A DNA stretch of 37,456 nt from Macrostomum lignano (lineage: Eukaryota): assembly GCA_002269645.1 (NCBI GenBank), contig NIVC01000351.1:1-37456 (forward strand), read 5' to 3'. This document shows positions 21,738 to 34,300 of the stretch, piece after piece; positions within the stretch are counted from its first letter, which is position 1, and each line of letters starts with the position of its first letter. Position numbers and translations under genes: made by a program. The notes under the pieces are model-generated. The model was not told where the DNA came from, did no database searches, and saw nothing but the letters and a program-made list of their open reading frames with translations.

Positions 21738-24297
21738 TTTTTAACTTGAAGATAGAATCTGAAAAAAATATTTTTTAGTAATTCAGGTCTCACTTTTGGA
21801 CAGAAAATTTTTTTATGTGCAGATTTTATGTGACAGAATTTACATGATGCATGTAAATTATCATTTAAGTAGTCTGCCGAAACGGTTTCCGTCATGATTT
21901 TTTTCAGTTTATTATTTAACTATTTAATTGTTTTAAATTATATTTTAAATTCCTTTTTTCTAAATTGTTTAGCACGTAAAAAGGTACAAGAGGTTTGTCA
22001 GCAGCTTGTCTAGCACCGAAAACGACTGAATTTATAGAAAGATACCTGAGCTTTTCCGTTTATACGTAAATTTTGTATTGCTTACTTAACATCTACATTT
22101 TTTCTTCAACGTCTTATACGTTTTCTAAGCAAAATATAAATGATAAAATAAAAACGTTAACTCACAGATGTTTTATTTTTTCAATCTTAGGCTCAGATGA
22201 GGAGTCGAGGGTCAGAATGCTACTGAAAAGCTCCAAAAACTGTTGACCACTGTTCAAATGTGAAGTTTATTTTTGCGGATTTTTTTGCTAGACTTCAAAA
22301 TTTAAACTCGCGCGAAAAAGTTTCCATGGTTTTCGCGCACGTTTCGTTACAAGTGCGTAAAATTATTGTTTTATTATTTTAGAAGCTTTTGGTTCTATCT
22401 AAAGGAAACAAGCTTTTAGAAATTTAGGCAATTTTTTAAGGTTAAGCTTCGATTGGTTAAATATTTTTACAGACCCGTTGTCAGGGACTATATTACACGT
22501 CGACACGACCGGGTTTTGTTCTTGACTAAGAAACACGAGGTACATTTTAATGTTTTAAGATTACTGCAAAAATTTCAACCGGTAATGGTGTGATTTTTTG
22601 TGATGACAGCTGCCTTTAGTGATCGTCAATTTCAAGTACTTCATTATGAACGACTGACTTACGCAGTTGGGTATGAGAAGGTTGCATGTATGCAGCACGC
22701 CTAAATGCAGTAAACTCGCCATTTTAAAGATAACTTAAAAGATGAAAGTGCTGCTCATGCTCTCGTAATATGTTTTAAATTTCTTGATTTCTGCAATTTT
22801 AACTGTAATTGGTAAACGTTTTAAAGCAAAAAATTGTCATTGCCTCCATGTTACGTACATTACGTAATTAATACGTTATTAATACGTAATACGTACGTAA
22901 ATACGTATATACTGCATGCAGGTATATATTTACGTATATACGTAAATACTATACGTACGTATTAATACGTACGTAATTAATACATTACGTAATACGTAAT
23001 ACATATATTACGTATTATGTACGTACATGTTACGTACATGTTACGGTCCTAAGGAAGTTAGTGAATTGCCACAGAATCGGATGTAAACGTACGCTCGTAA
23101 AATTTATTATACACTTAATTAGCCAATTGAACAGATATTCTAAAGCTTTAATTTGTGGTCTAACTTCCGTATAGCGCAAAGAAGTTATACCGTTTGAAAC
23201 TAGCTGCGTTTGAAGCTGTTGCATTTTCACTTCTATGAAAAGAAAAACAAATTTATTTACTACAGAAGGCATGTTAGGTTACACACAGGCGTTGGCCTTG
23301 AAAATAACAAATTTAGTGCGTGTCTTTAAAAAGCACGTGAATTCTGGTTAAAAAATTCTAAGCGAGCTCTAATTTAGGAAAAATATCAGGAAAACTTGTG
23401 CATCAATACACAGCGATTCTTTTGTTGCACAGCCGCATCAAGGTTGCAGTCTTCGACCTCAAGTCAGTCTCTGAGGTACCGATTGTAGAATTCTCGCACG
23501 TTCAAGATCACCTTGCTCTTGTCTCGCATGTGCAGCTCCACGGCCTCAATGTCTGGCAGGCGAATCTCCCTGGCGCCGTACCGTAGGACGGGCAGCTGCG
23601 ACTCGCCTGTGGATGCGGCCGGCGGCGGTGGCGGTGGCGGGGGAGGCGGCGGCGGCGCCTGCAGGACTCGTTTCGGTGGAGAAGGAGCAGCAGGCGGAGA
23701 CCTCGACCGCTGACTGGCCAGGCCGGCAGGTCCTCCGCCGCTGCGACCGGTGTACACCTCCATGTTGTTCCGATATGTGCCCAGGTCCGGTGGCGGAGGA
23801 GGACTTTGCGAACGCAGATGGTGCTGCTGCTGCTGCTGCTGCTGGAGCTGCTGCGAGTCACGTGGCGTCATGCCGGCAGCAGCTGGATTCCGGTAGCGCT
23901 CAACTGACACGGGCGGCGGCGGCTCCCGGCTGCTCGCCAGCGGCTCCGGATCTGGCAGAGGCGGCGGTGGTGGTGGCGGCAGCGCAACCCTCTGACGCTC
24001 CAGGGCTTCTAACGGCTCTTGCTGACTGTAAGCGCCGTTGTACGGCTTCAAAGGCCACTGCGGCTGACGCTGCTCGTGCTCCTGTTGCAGCCGCTGCAGC
24101 TGCATGGCCTGCTGCTCGGTGAGGAAGTTGCCGTACTCGGCGCCCGCCGTGCTGCTGTGGCTGTTCCTCACGTCCAGTGCGTAGTTTCTCAGGCCCTCCG
24201 GCGCCGTGATCAGCGAGGCTTTCTTGCCGTCGTAGAAATTGCCGTAAGTGTCGTTTGTTGTGAAGCCGGGCATGTAGGTTCTCTTGTAGATGGCCAT
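21722..24297 (-). CDS. Pro/Gln-rich protein of unknown family; exons complement(24297-23480, 22249-22166, 21758-21722)
   Basis: Long coding-like ORF MAIYKRTYMPGFTTND... with donor CG|GTACC (phase 2) joins CAG|T GGT CAA (GQQFLELFSSILTLDSSSEPKIEKIKHL), then TTTCAG|A TTC TAT (FYLQVKKWLRN*). Confidence 0.6.
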
Positions 24298-25041
24298 TGC
24301 TGCGCTGCTACTGACAACGGATCTTGTCTTCCGTTGTTATCGCTTCCCAATGGCAGGGCTGCTCCGCTCTCTTAGAGTCTTTTTAAACTCGACGCTCCGT
24401 GGCTATAGGGGCTTAAGCCTGCACTGTGAATCGCTGGCAGCGGAAGAGGGCCAACCCCGGCTCTATGGCAACTGCAGCTGTGCGAGAATTGAGAGCTGCT
24501 GCAAGGTGGGCTTGAAGACAGGGCAGAGCGAAAAAGGCTTACCTGCCTTCCCCATCGTCTCCTCGCCCTCCATCTAGCAGCTTGAGTTTGAGTCTGCAAC
24601 CAACTTCTTTCTCTTGGAATAATAACGTGCAAGCTGGCGCTACTGTGGGCGAGAGCGAGCGAACTGCATGCAGGGTTTGCTGAGGGAATGACAGGAGCTG
24701 TACAAGCCTGTGATGCACAGAACACAGTTAGCCTTGTGTACCCACCCCACCCGTGCTAACTTTGAATGCTTTAGAGAGTCACTTCTATCAATCCAACGGT
24801 ATTTTTGGTATAGCAAGGCCCGTGCCTATCAACTGGAGTTTTATTGACAAAACTGTGAGGTCCAGTGTTTAGTTTAATGTTTAATTTTTCTTATTTCGCA
24901 AGAAGCAAAAGTCTCTCCATTAAGTTTCCGGGTTTTATGACAAACATAAGTTTAGTCGATGAAAATGTGCGAGCATATTAATAAAATAGTAATTAGCAAT
25001 ACCAAGATACGCTGTCAGGGTCTTTAGAAGGCAGCTGTCTT

Positions 25042-25248
<207 letters not shown>

Positions 25249-25436
25249 CTAAAGGGTGCCTGCAGGGTGCCTGCAGCCCTCCTGTTATTACTATTATTCT
25301 ATTCTCGATCCCTCTTACTCCTAAAGCACACTTTAATAAGAAAGAATAAAATTGAAGCAGGACAAACTATTCCACAAAAGAAACATTGCCTTGGGGTGAA
25401 ATAAAACTGAAAAGAAAGCGGAATTTTAGCACGCGC

Positions 25437-25438
25437 TC

Positions 25439-25528
<90 letters not shown>
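25437..25528. repeat. (CT)n microsatellite
   Basis: Direct reading. Confidence 0.97.
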
Positions 25529-25531
<3 letters not shown>

Positions 25532-25861
25532 TTAGAACTGGTACGCTGGACTCACTACTTGCCTGGAGGGCTTTTTCCTCTCCTATCCACCCTAATCAAT
25601 AGACTGACTCAGTCCAAAAAAGTCACGCTTATATTGACGCTTTCATAATTCGTCAAGAAATTATAGTGTTGGAATAGCAGAACTGTTGGAGTCCTGTGTG
25701 TAGGTCAAGTGCATCTGATTCCTAAATTCTGACAAAATCATACTGAAAATCTGTTGTCCTAACATGTAATTAAGAACAATTATGGACTAAACTATGGGAA
25801 AATATATTTCAAAGTTGGAACATATTGACAATATTTGAGCTTGACATTGCAATGTTCGGGG

Positions 25862-26651
25862 AATTCTACTCCTTCAATTCTATTTCTTTTTCTACTCTCT
25901 GCTCAGAGCATTCTACTCCCTCAATTCTATCCCTTTCTACTCTCTGCTCAGAGCATTCTACTCCCTCATTCTATTCCTTTCTACTCTCTGCTCAGAGCAT
26001 TCTACTCCCTCATTCTATTCCTTTCTACTCTCTGCTCAGAGAATTCTACTCCCTCATTCTATTCCTTTCTACTCTCTGCTCAGAGCATTCTACTCCCTCA
26101 TTCTATTCCTTTCTACTCTCTGCTCAGAGAATTCTACTCCCTCATTCTATTCCTTTCTACTCTCTGCTTAGAGCATTCTACTTCCTCATTCTATTCCTTT
26201 CTACTCTCTGCTCAGAGCATTCTACTCCCTCAATTTAATTCCTTTCTACTCTCTGCTTAGAGCATTCTACTTCCTCATTCTATTCCTTTCTACTCTCTGC
26301 TCAGAGCATTCTACTCCCTCAATTCAATTCCTTTCTACTCTCTGCTTAGAGCATTCTACTTCCTCATTCTATTCCTTTCTACTCTCTGCTCAGAGCATTC
26401 TACTCCCTCAATTCAATTCCTTTCTACTCTCTGCTTAGAGCATTCTACTTCCTCATTCTATTCCTTTCTACTCTCTGCTCAGAGCATTCTACTCCCTCAA
26501 TTCAATTCCTTTCTACTCTCTGCTTAGAGCATTCTACTCCCTCATTCTACTCCTTTCTACTCTCTGCTCAAAGCATTCTACTCCCTCAGTCTATTCCTTT
26601 CTACTCTCTGCTCAGAGCATTCTACTCCCTCATTCTATTCCTTTCTACTCT
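25862..26651. repeat. 44-bp minisatellite CTACTCTCTGCTCAGAGCATTCTACTCCCTCATTCTATTCCTTT
   Basis: Direct reading; 44-aa period in the translated ORFs. Confidence 0.95.
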
Positions 26652-26866
26652 CACCCCAGAGTTCCATACACATTAAATTCCATCCCGTATGCAAAGTTAG
26701 GAACCAACTCAGTGAGCAAGCTTTTCATTGGCTTAAAGGAACTTCTTAAAGGAACTCGCCAATTCGGTTTCAAAAGTCTGGCTCTCGACAAACCAATACA
26801 GAAGACCGTCTTTTACTGGCATCTTGAGCTGCCTCTAAATTTTGTCAAATTTCAAACAAAAGCGAA

Positions 26867-29800
26867 ATGACCATCTCCAAGCGTTGGTCGGTTGCGAGAA
26901 ATCTTCTGGTCCTTCTGCTTCTAATAACGATTGTTCTCAATGGTGAGGTGGGCTTTTGTTTAGATCGATGCTTTCTAGCTCTGTTCCACACCCTGCATCC
27001 ACCGTCCTACAAGCTGCACCCTCTGTCGCACACCCTGCACCCTCTGTCCCACACCCTGCACCCTCTGTCCCACACCCTGCACCCTCTGTCCCACACCCTG
27101 CACCCTCTGTCCCACACCCTGCACCCTCTGTCCTACACCCTGCACCCTCTGTCCTACACCCTGCACCCTCTGTCCCACACTCTGCACCCTCTGTCCCACA
27201 CCCTGCACCCTCTGTCCTACACCCTGCACCCTCTGTCCCACACCCTGCACCCTCTGTCCCACACCCTGCACCCTCTGTCCTACACCCTGCACCCTCTGTC
27301 CTACACCCTGCACCCTCTGTCCCACACCCTGCACCCTCTGTCCCACACCCTGTACCCTCTGTCCCACACTCTGCACCCTCTGTCCCACACCCTGCACCCT
27401 CTGTCCTACACCCTGCACCCTCTGTCCCACACCCTGCACCCTCTGTCCCACACCCTGCGACCTCTGTCCCACACCCTGCGACCTCTGTCCTACACCCTGC
27501 ACCGTCTGTCCCACACCCTGCACCCTCTGTCCCACACCCTGCACCCTCTGTCCCACACCCTGCACCCTCTGTCCCACACCCTACACCCTCTGTCCCACAC
27601 TCTGCACCCTCTGTCCCACACCCTACACCCTCTGTCCCACACTCTGCACCCTCTGTCCCACACCCTACACCCTCTGTCCCACACCCTGCACCCTCTGTCC
27701 CACACCCTGCACCCTCTGTCCCACACCCTGCACCCTCTGTCCCACACCCTGCACCCTCTGTCCCACACCCTGCACCCTCTGTCCCACACTCTGCACCCTC
27801 TGTCCCACACCCTGCACCCTCTGTCCCACACCCTGCACCCTCTGTCCCACACTCTGCACCCTCTGTCCCACACCCTGCACCCTCTGTCCCACACCCTGCA
27901 CCCTCTGTCCCACACCCTGCACCCTCTGTCCTACACCCTGCACCCTCTGTCCCACACCCTGCACCCTCTGTCCTACACCCTACACCCTCTGTCCCACACC
28001 CTGCACCCTCTGTCCTACACCCTGCACCCTCTGTCCCACACCCTGCACCCTCTGTCCTACACCCTACACCCTCTGTCCCACACCCTGCACCCTCTGTCCT
28101 ACACCCTACACCCTCTGTCCCACACCCTACACCCTCTGTCCTACACCCTGCACCGAAATTTTTTATTTTTTGAGTGTGCTTAGTGTTAAAAAAATGAAAT
28201 TTTCCTGACCTAACAAAGTCAATAAGCAGTTCAAAATTCCTTAAAACTTTATTAAACGCTAAGCTATTAAAATTAATTTCAGACTAATTTCAGAATAGGA
28301 CTCTCATTAAGAAGCCGTTATTGCCTACCTCGCGAGGACAGAAAAATCATAAATCATAAATCATAAATCATAAATCATAAATCACAAATCATAAATCATA
28401 AATCATGAATCATAAATCATAAGTCATGATTTTCAAAGACCGACGATATTGATTTTAACTGCTCTACCATGCGATTTGGCCTCAGTGGTTGCCAATCAAA
28501 GCTGGTTTGTCCCCCTCCATTGATCAGCAGTTGCTGCCCTCCCCTACAATTTGCGATGGCGAGCGCTTGAATTGCTAGTCAGTCAATCAGTCAAGTGAGC
28601 AGTGCTCAAGAATGGGCGCTCTGATTTGGTGTTGCTACGCTGATTCAGATGGCTGTTTTAATCTGAGATTCGCCATGAGATCGGAGTGTTTCTGATTTTC
28701 ATGATGATGAGAATTAATCATTACAAAAAGTTCTGGACAAATGAAGAGGGTCTATGAAGATTCACGATTCTGATTGCCAAAATCTTATTTTGAGAGTTGG
28801 ATTGCAGAATCGTGACTCTGATTGCAGAATCGTGACTCTGATTGCAAAATCGTGACTCTGATTGCAGAATCGTGACTCTGATTGCAAAATCGTGACTCTG
28901 ATTGCAAAATCGTGACTCTGATTGCAGAATCGTGACTCTGATTGCAGAATCGTGACTCTGATTGCAAAATCGTGTGTCTGATTGCAGAATCGTGACTCTG
29001 ATAGCAAAATCGTGTGAGTTTGATTGCAAAATCGTGTGAGCCTGATTGCAAAATCGTGTGAGTTTGATAGCAAAATCGTGTGAGCCTGATTGCAAAATCG
29101 TGTGAGTTTGATAGCAAAATCGTGTGAGTTTGATTGCAAAATCGTGTGAGCCTGATTGCCAAATCGTGACTCTGATTACAAAATCTCGTGAGTCTGGTTG
29201 CAAAATCGTGACTCTGATTACAAAATCTCGTGAGTCTGGTTGCAAAATCGTGACTCTGATTACAAAATCTCGTGAGTCTGATTGCAAAATCGTGTGAGTC
29301 TGATTGCCAAATCGTGACTCTGATTACAAAATCTCGTGAGTCTGATTGCAAAATCTCGCGAGTCTGATTGCAAAATCTCGCGAGTCTGATTGCTAAATCG
29401 TGTGAGTCTGATTGCTAAATCGTGTGAGTCTGATTGCAAAATCTCGCGAGTCTGATTGCAAAATCTCGTGAGTCTGATTGCAAAATCGTGACTCTGATAG
29501 CAAAATCGTGAGTCTGATTGCAAAATCTTGTGAGTCTGATTGCAAAATCTCGTGAGTCTGATTGCAAAATCTTGTGAGTCTGATTGCAAAATCTCGCGAG
29601 TCTGATTGCTAAATCGTGTGAGTCTGATTGCAAAATCGTGTGAGTCTGATTGCAAAATCTCGTGAGTCTGATTGCAAAATCGTGTGAGTCTGATTGCAAA
29701 ATCTTGTGAGTCTGATTGCAAAATCGTGTGAGTCTGATTGCAAAATCTCGTGAGTCTGATTGCTAAATCTTGTGAGTCTGATTGCAAAATCTTGTGAGTC

Positions 29801-31340
29801 TGATTGCAAAATCGTGAGTCTGATTGCAAAATCGTGTAGCTCTGATTGCAAAATTGTGTGGCTCTGATTGCAAATATAGGGAATGTCTGAATGCTGAATC
29901 AGTTTTGAAAAGAAAGAGTTTTTTTCATTTTAATATTTTTCATTGAAGTCCCGGAGCGCTGCCTTCAGATTTTTTAATGCACTTTCCAGGGATTATGTAT
30001 TTGTATGCGATAGATACAGATTAATAACGGAAGATATTCAGTAAGGAGGCCTCCATGCAGCTTATATAAGAAACCGTGGAGAAGGGATCAAGATCGGAGA
30101 ATTAGGTGGCCAAAAATGGTGAATAAGATTTGCATTAACCACTGCAATATCCGGACTAGATTATAGTGGGAAAGCAGTAGTATTGTTATTGATTGGAAAA
30201 TCTTTTAGCTCCTACGAACTATACAGAGGACCTGACCGCTGGAATATAATCGATTAGCTATGAAAGCCTTGAAAACGGAATCAAGCTTGGATCGTTAGAG
30301 CTGCACTGACCTCGTTAAAGTTTGTTTAACTGCATGACTTTTCATGCTGCCTCTCGTTATATGCAATCAGACTGACTGATAATATTTCAGTAGCCTATGA
30401 CTGTAGCCTTGAATTTTTTAACCTGCCACTATCCCTCTCAGAACTTCAGTAACCTGCCGCTATCCCTCTCAGAACTCCAGTAACCTGCCGTTTTCCGCCT
30501 CTCGGAACTCCAGTAACCTGCCGCTATCCCTCTCAGAACTTCAGTAACCTGCCGCTATCCCTATCAGAACTCCAGTAACCTGCCGCTATCCCTCTCAGAA
30601 CTCCATCTCATTTCTCCTCGCCCTCCTTCGGTGTCCCAGGCGCCCGCGCCGGTAGAAATGAGAAGCGTCTGCTGCAGCACCTGCTTGAAAACAAATCAAA
30701 TCTGCACAACCCGATGGAGCGGCCTGTTGAGAACGACACCGAGATTCTGTACGTCTGGTTCAAGGTGTCACTGCAGCAGATTATCGATGTGGTAAGTTGC
30801 CTATCGTTTTGTGGCGCAAATCAGGTTTTACTCCATAATTTTTCCTTGTTTTCACTTTTCATTTTTATAGGATGAGAAAAATCAAATTCTATTCTCGAGT
30901 ATTTGGTTGGACTTGGTAAGTGGGCTTCGTGTGTCCAAGTTTTAATTTTGCTCTTTTCTACCGTCAAATTCATTTTTTTCAGTCGTGGACAGATTATCAC
31001 TTCAAGTGGGACCCCGCGGACTTTGGCAACATCACTAAAATTAACATCGACCCAAAGAGGGTCTGGCGACCGGACGTGCTGCTGTACAACAGGTTGGAGA
31101 CTGCTTAGGCTGTCCATAGAGTGAATTCAATCCTTACTCGACCCCCAGTTCCCCCATCCGCTCACCAACTCAGTCTTTTTTATTAGAGGCATGAGGGCTA
31201 ACCCTGGTGCACTTAAGGACATTTTCACACATTTTCACACTCGCACAACCGGCGATAGGCATTGCTGCCCATTCCACCGACTCCCCTGAGCAGGCACACA
31301 AGCGCGCGGATACGTACGCAGTCATACGCACCGGCACACA

Positions 31341-31382
<42 letters not shown>

Positions 31383-34300
31383 AGTTTACAGCGACCCTAA
31401 CTTTATTTATCGTTAGGCATGTACACTTCACTGTGCCTTGGGGCTTGGCCCTCAATGGCGTTAATTGCACAAGCAGAGCTAAGCCGAGATTCCAATTCAG
31501 CCCCAAACTAATGTGACTGCACTTGGAATCGAGCCTGGGCCACTGGCACATCAGAGCGCCGCGCCAGACCACTGGGCTACGCCCCCACCAACCCAGTCAT
31601 TCTCTCATACAAGCCGTAAGATATCAATGAAGCCTCCCTATCTTTTGACGATTTTTTTTAATAGCGCGGACGAAAAATTTGACGCCACTTATCCGACCAA
31701 CGTGGTGATCGACAACACGGGCTTCATGACCTACATACCGCCCGGCATGTTCAAGTCCACCTGCAAGATCGACATCACTTGGTTCCCATTCGATATGCAG
31801 GAGTGTCTGATGAAGTTCGGCTCGTGGACTTACGACGGCGGGACAGTTGATCTGCGTTTCAAGTGCGCCAACGAGAGTCTCAAGTCTGTCCAGGACCGGC
31901 TGAACGATCCGCGACGTTGCACCGAGAGAGGCAGCGGCGACACGTCCAACTATGTGAAGAGCGGGGAGTGGAACCTGGAAGGTGCGTCTCTTGCATGGAA
32001 GTTCTAGAAGCTCGTTCGAGTGGTCTAGATGGACTTTTAATGACGTCCGCTAGCGAAATTATTTCATTCAGATCGAAACTACGACTTGGGGTTATCGGTG
32101 ATAGTGGGCAAAGCAACTCACGTCAGCGGTAATGTCCTGACACTCGCCAAACACCCTATATTCAGGGTCTAGTGTACAGAAATTTTTCCCCAAGCTTGTC
32201 CGTTGTCTTTCACGTCCGTGAGGGCCAGATCAGAAAACAGATGCCTGCTCGCTTGGTAGATTATCGCATTGATTAAGAGACTCCCTTTTAAACTAACAAA
32301 CGGAGATTTTTAATTCCATTAGGTCTGTTAAAATTACGACTAACCGAAGCTGATGCTGATGCGCCCGTCAACTCGCGACAATTTCACTCGCCATCAACTG
32401 CATGCAGGCCTGTTGGGCGTTCGAACCAGCAAACTCTACGATTGCTGCCCGCATCCGTTTGTTGACCTGAAATTTTACCTGCGCATACGCAGGCGCCAGC
32501 TCTACTTTTTGTTCAACATGCTGGGCCCGGTGGCATTTCTGTCCACTTTAGCAATACTCTGCTTTCTAATTCCGCCAGACGATGGCGAGAAAGTCTGCTT
32601 CGGTGTGTTGATAGAGCTGTCAATGAGTTGTGGGCGTCACAAATGACAACTGTACACAGGGCTTTGATGTCCTGACTTTGTGTCAGATGTTTTGCAAACA
32701 AGAGCGCGCAAACGGCCTAAATACGCTCGTATATTTTGCACTACTTTGCTGAAACGTGCGCAAAATTTATTTCTCACGATCTACAAACGTATAGTCCGCC
32801 TTATCTGCGCGTTATCCTTACACATCAAAAGCTCTATTAGCCCTTTTACAGAACATAAGCTATATCTCAAATTAAAATCTCTCCGACCCTAGATTGACCA
32901 ACACCCTCCGACCCTAGATTGACCAACACCCCTCCGACCCTAGATTGACCAACACCCCTCCGACCCTAGATTGACTAACACCCCTCCGACCCTAGATTGA
33001 CCAACATCCCTCCGACCCTAGATTGACCAACACCCCTCCGACCCTAGATTGACCAACACCCCTCCGACCCTAGATTGACCAACACCCCTCCGACCCTAGA
33101 TTGACCAACACCCCTCCGACCCTAGATTGACCAACACCCCTTCGACCATAGATTGACCAACACCCCTCCGACCCTTAGATTGACCAACACCTCCATCGAC
33201 CTTAGACTGGCCAGCACCTCCTTCAAACCTCGACTGACCGACGCACTCACTCCATTCATTCTCCATTGAACAAAAAGCCAATGGACAAAGACAGGTAAAA
33301 TGATTCTCGATCCCCACGGCCCTTTAGTACCCCAAATATACTCGCCTTCCAACGCAGGCATGCCGGGTCAGAGAACCGCTTTACTGTACGACTGCTGCCC
33401 GTTTCCCTTCATCGACCTGAAGTACCGCATCAAGATTCGTCGGCGGACCTTATACTACGGCTTCAACCTTATCATACCGTGCGTGCTTATCTCCACTATG
33501 ACACTGCTCACCTTCCTCCTGCCGCCGGACGCAGGGGAGAAAATCTCTCTCGGTACGTACGCTCGTACGCGACAATTGGCATGTCTTTGCTCTGCAATGC
33601 TTATCAAAGTTTTGTCAAATGTAGATCCAATGTAGGAAAATCATGGATAACAGATTGTTGTCATTTTAGACACGTTTCCGACCGTGTAATTAGATCCTCA
33701 CTATATATTTTAAAGCATCAGATTCATTGCATTGTACAGGCGTGACAATACTATTGTCACTTATCATGTTTCTGCTACTAGTAGCAGACGCGATGCCGCA
33801 GACCTCGGAGTCTCTGCCGCTGATTGGTAAACTTCTAGAGCAGTCCATGTTATCACTGTCAAATTAAATCTTGAACGATGTACAGGCTTAGTTATCTTCT
33901 GTTTTGTGTTATCGTTGTGCTTCATGTTGTCAATATCGACTGTCTGAATTTAAGCTTTCGAACGTTCTACTAATCCAATGTGCCATGCATGTTGCATGAC
34001 TCACTGCTCTACTAACTCTATTTATAGGAGTCACTATCCTGCTGTCGCTCACCGTCTTCCTCATGACGGTTGGAGAGGCCATGCCCGCCACCTCGGACTC
34101 GGTGCCAGTCATCGGTAGGTGAACTCAGCAGGCGTCTTGCAACTCCTTCTTAAGCAAATTAGGAAACAATTGAGAGTTAAGAAGATTACTCTGTATCTAT
34201 GCAGAGCTGAGACCAGAATCCAGGAGGGACTGAGACCAGAATCCAGGAGGGACTGAGACCAGAATCCAGGAGGGACTGAGACCAGAATCCAGGAGGGACT

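Noticed and set aside
31510-31586. Functional tRNA gene
   Set aside because: A/B-box-like motifs are present, but the acceptor and anticodon stems do not pair; better explained as a SINE head
32603-32646. Read-through of exon 7a into GVLIELSMS as a remnant M2
   Set aside because: Resemblance limited to the initial GV; a stop follows quickly and the GT donor is at the homologous position
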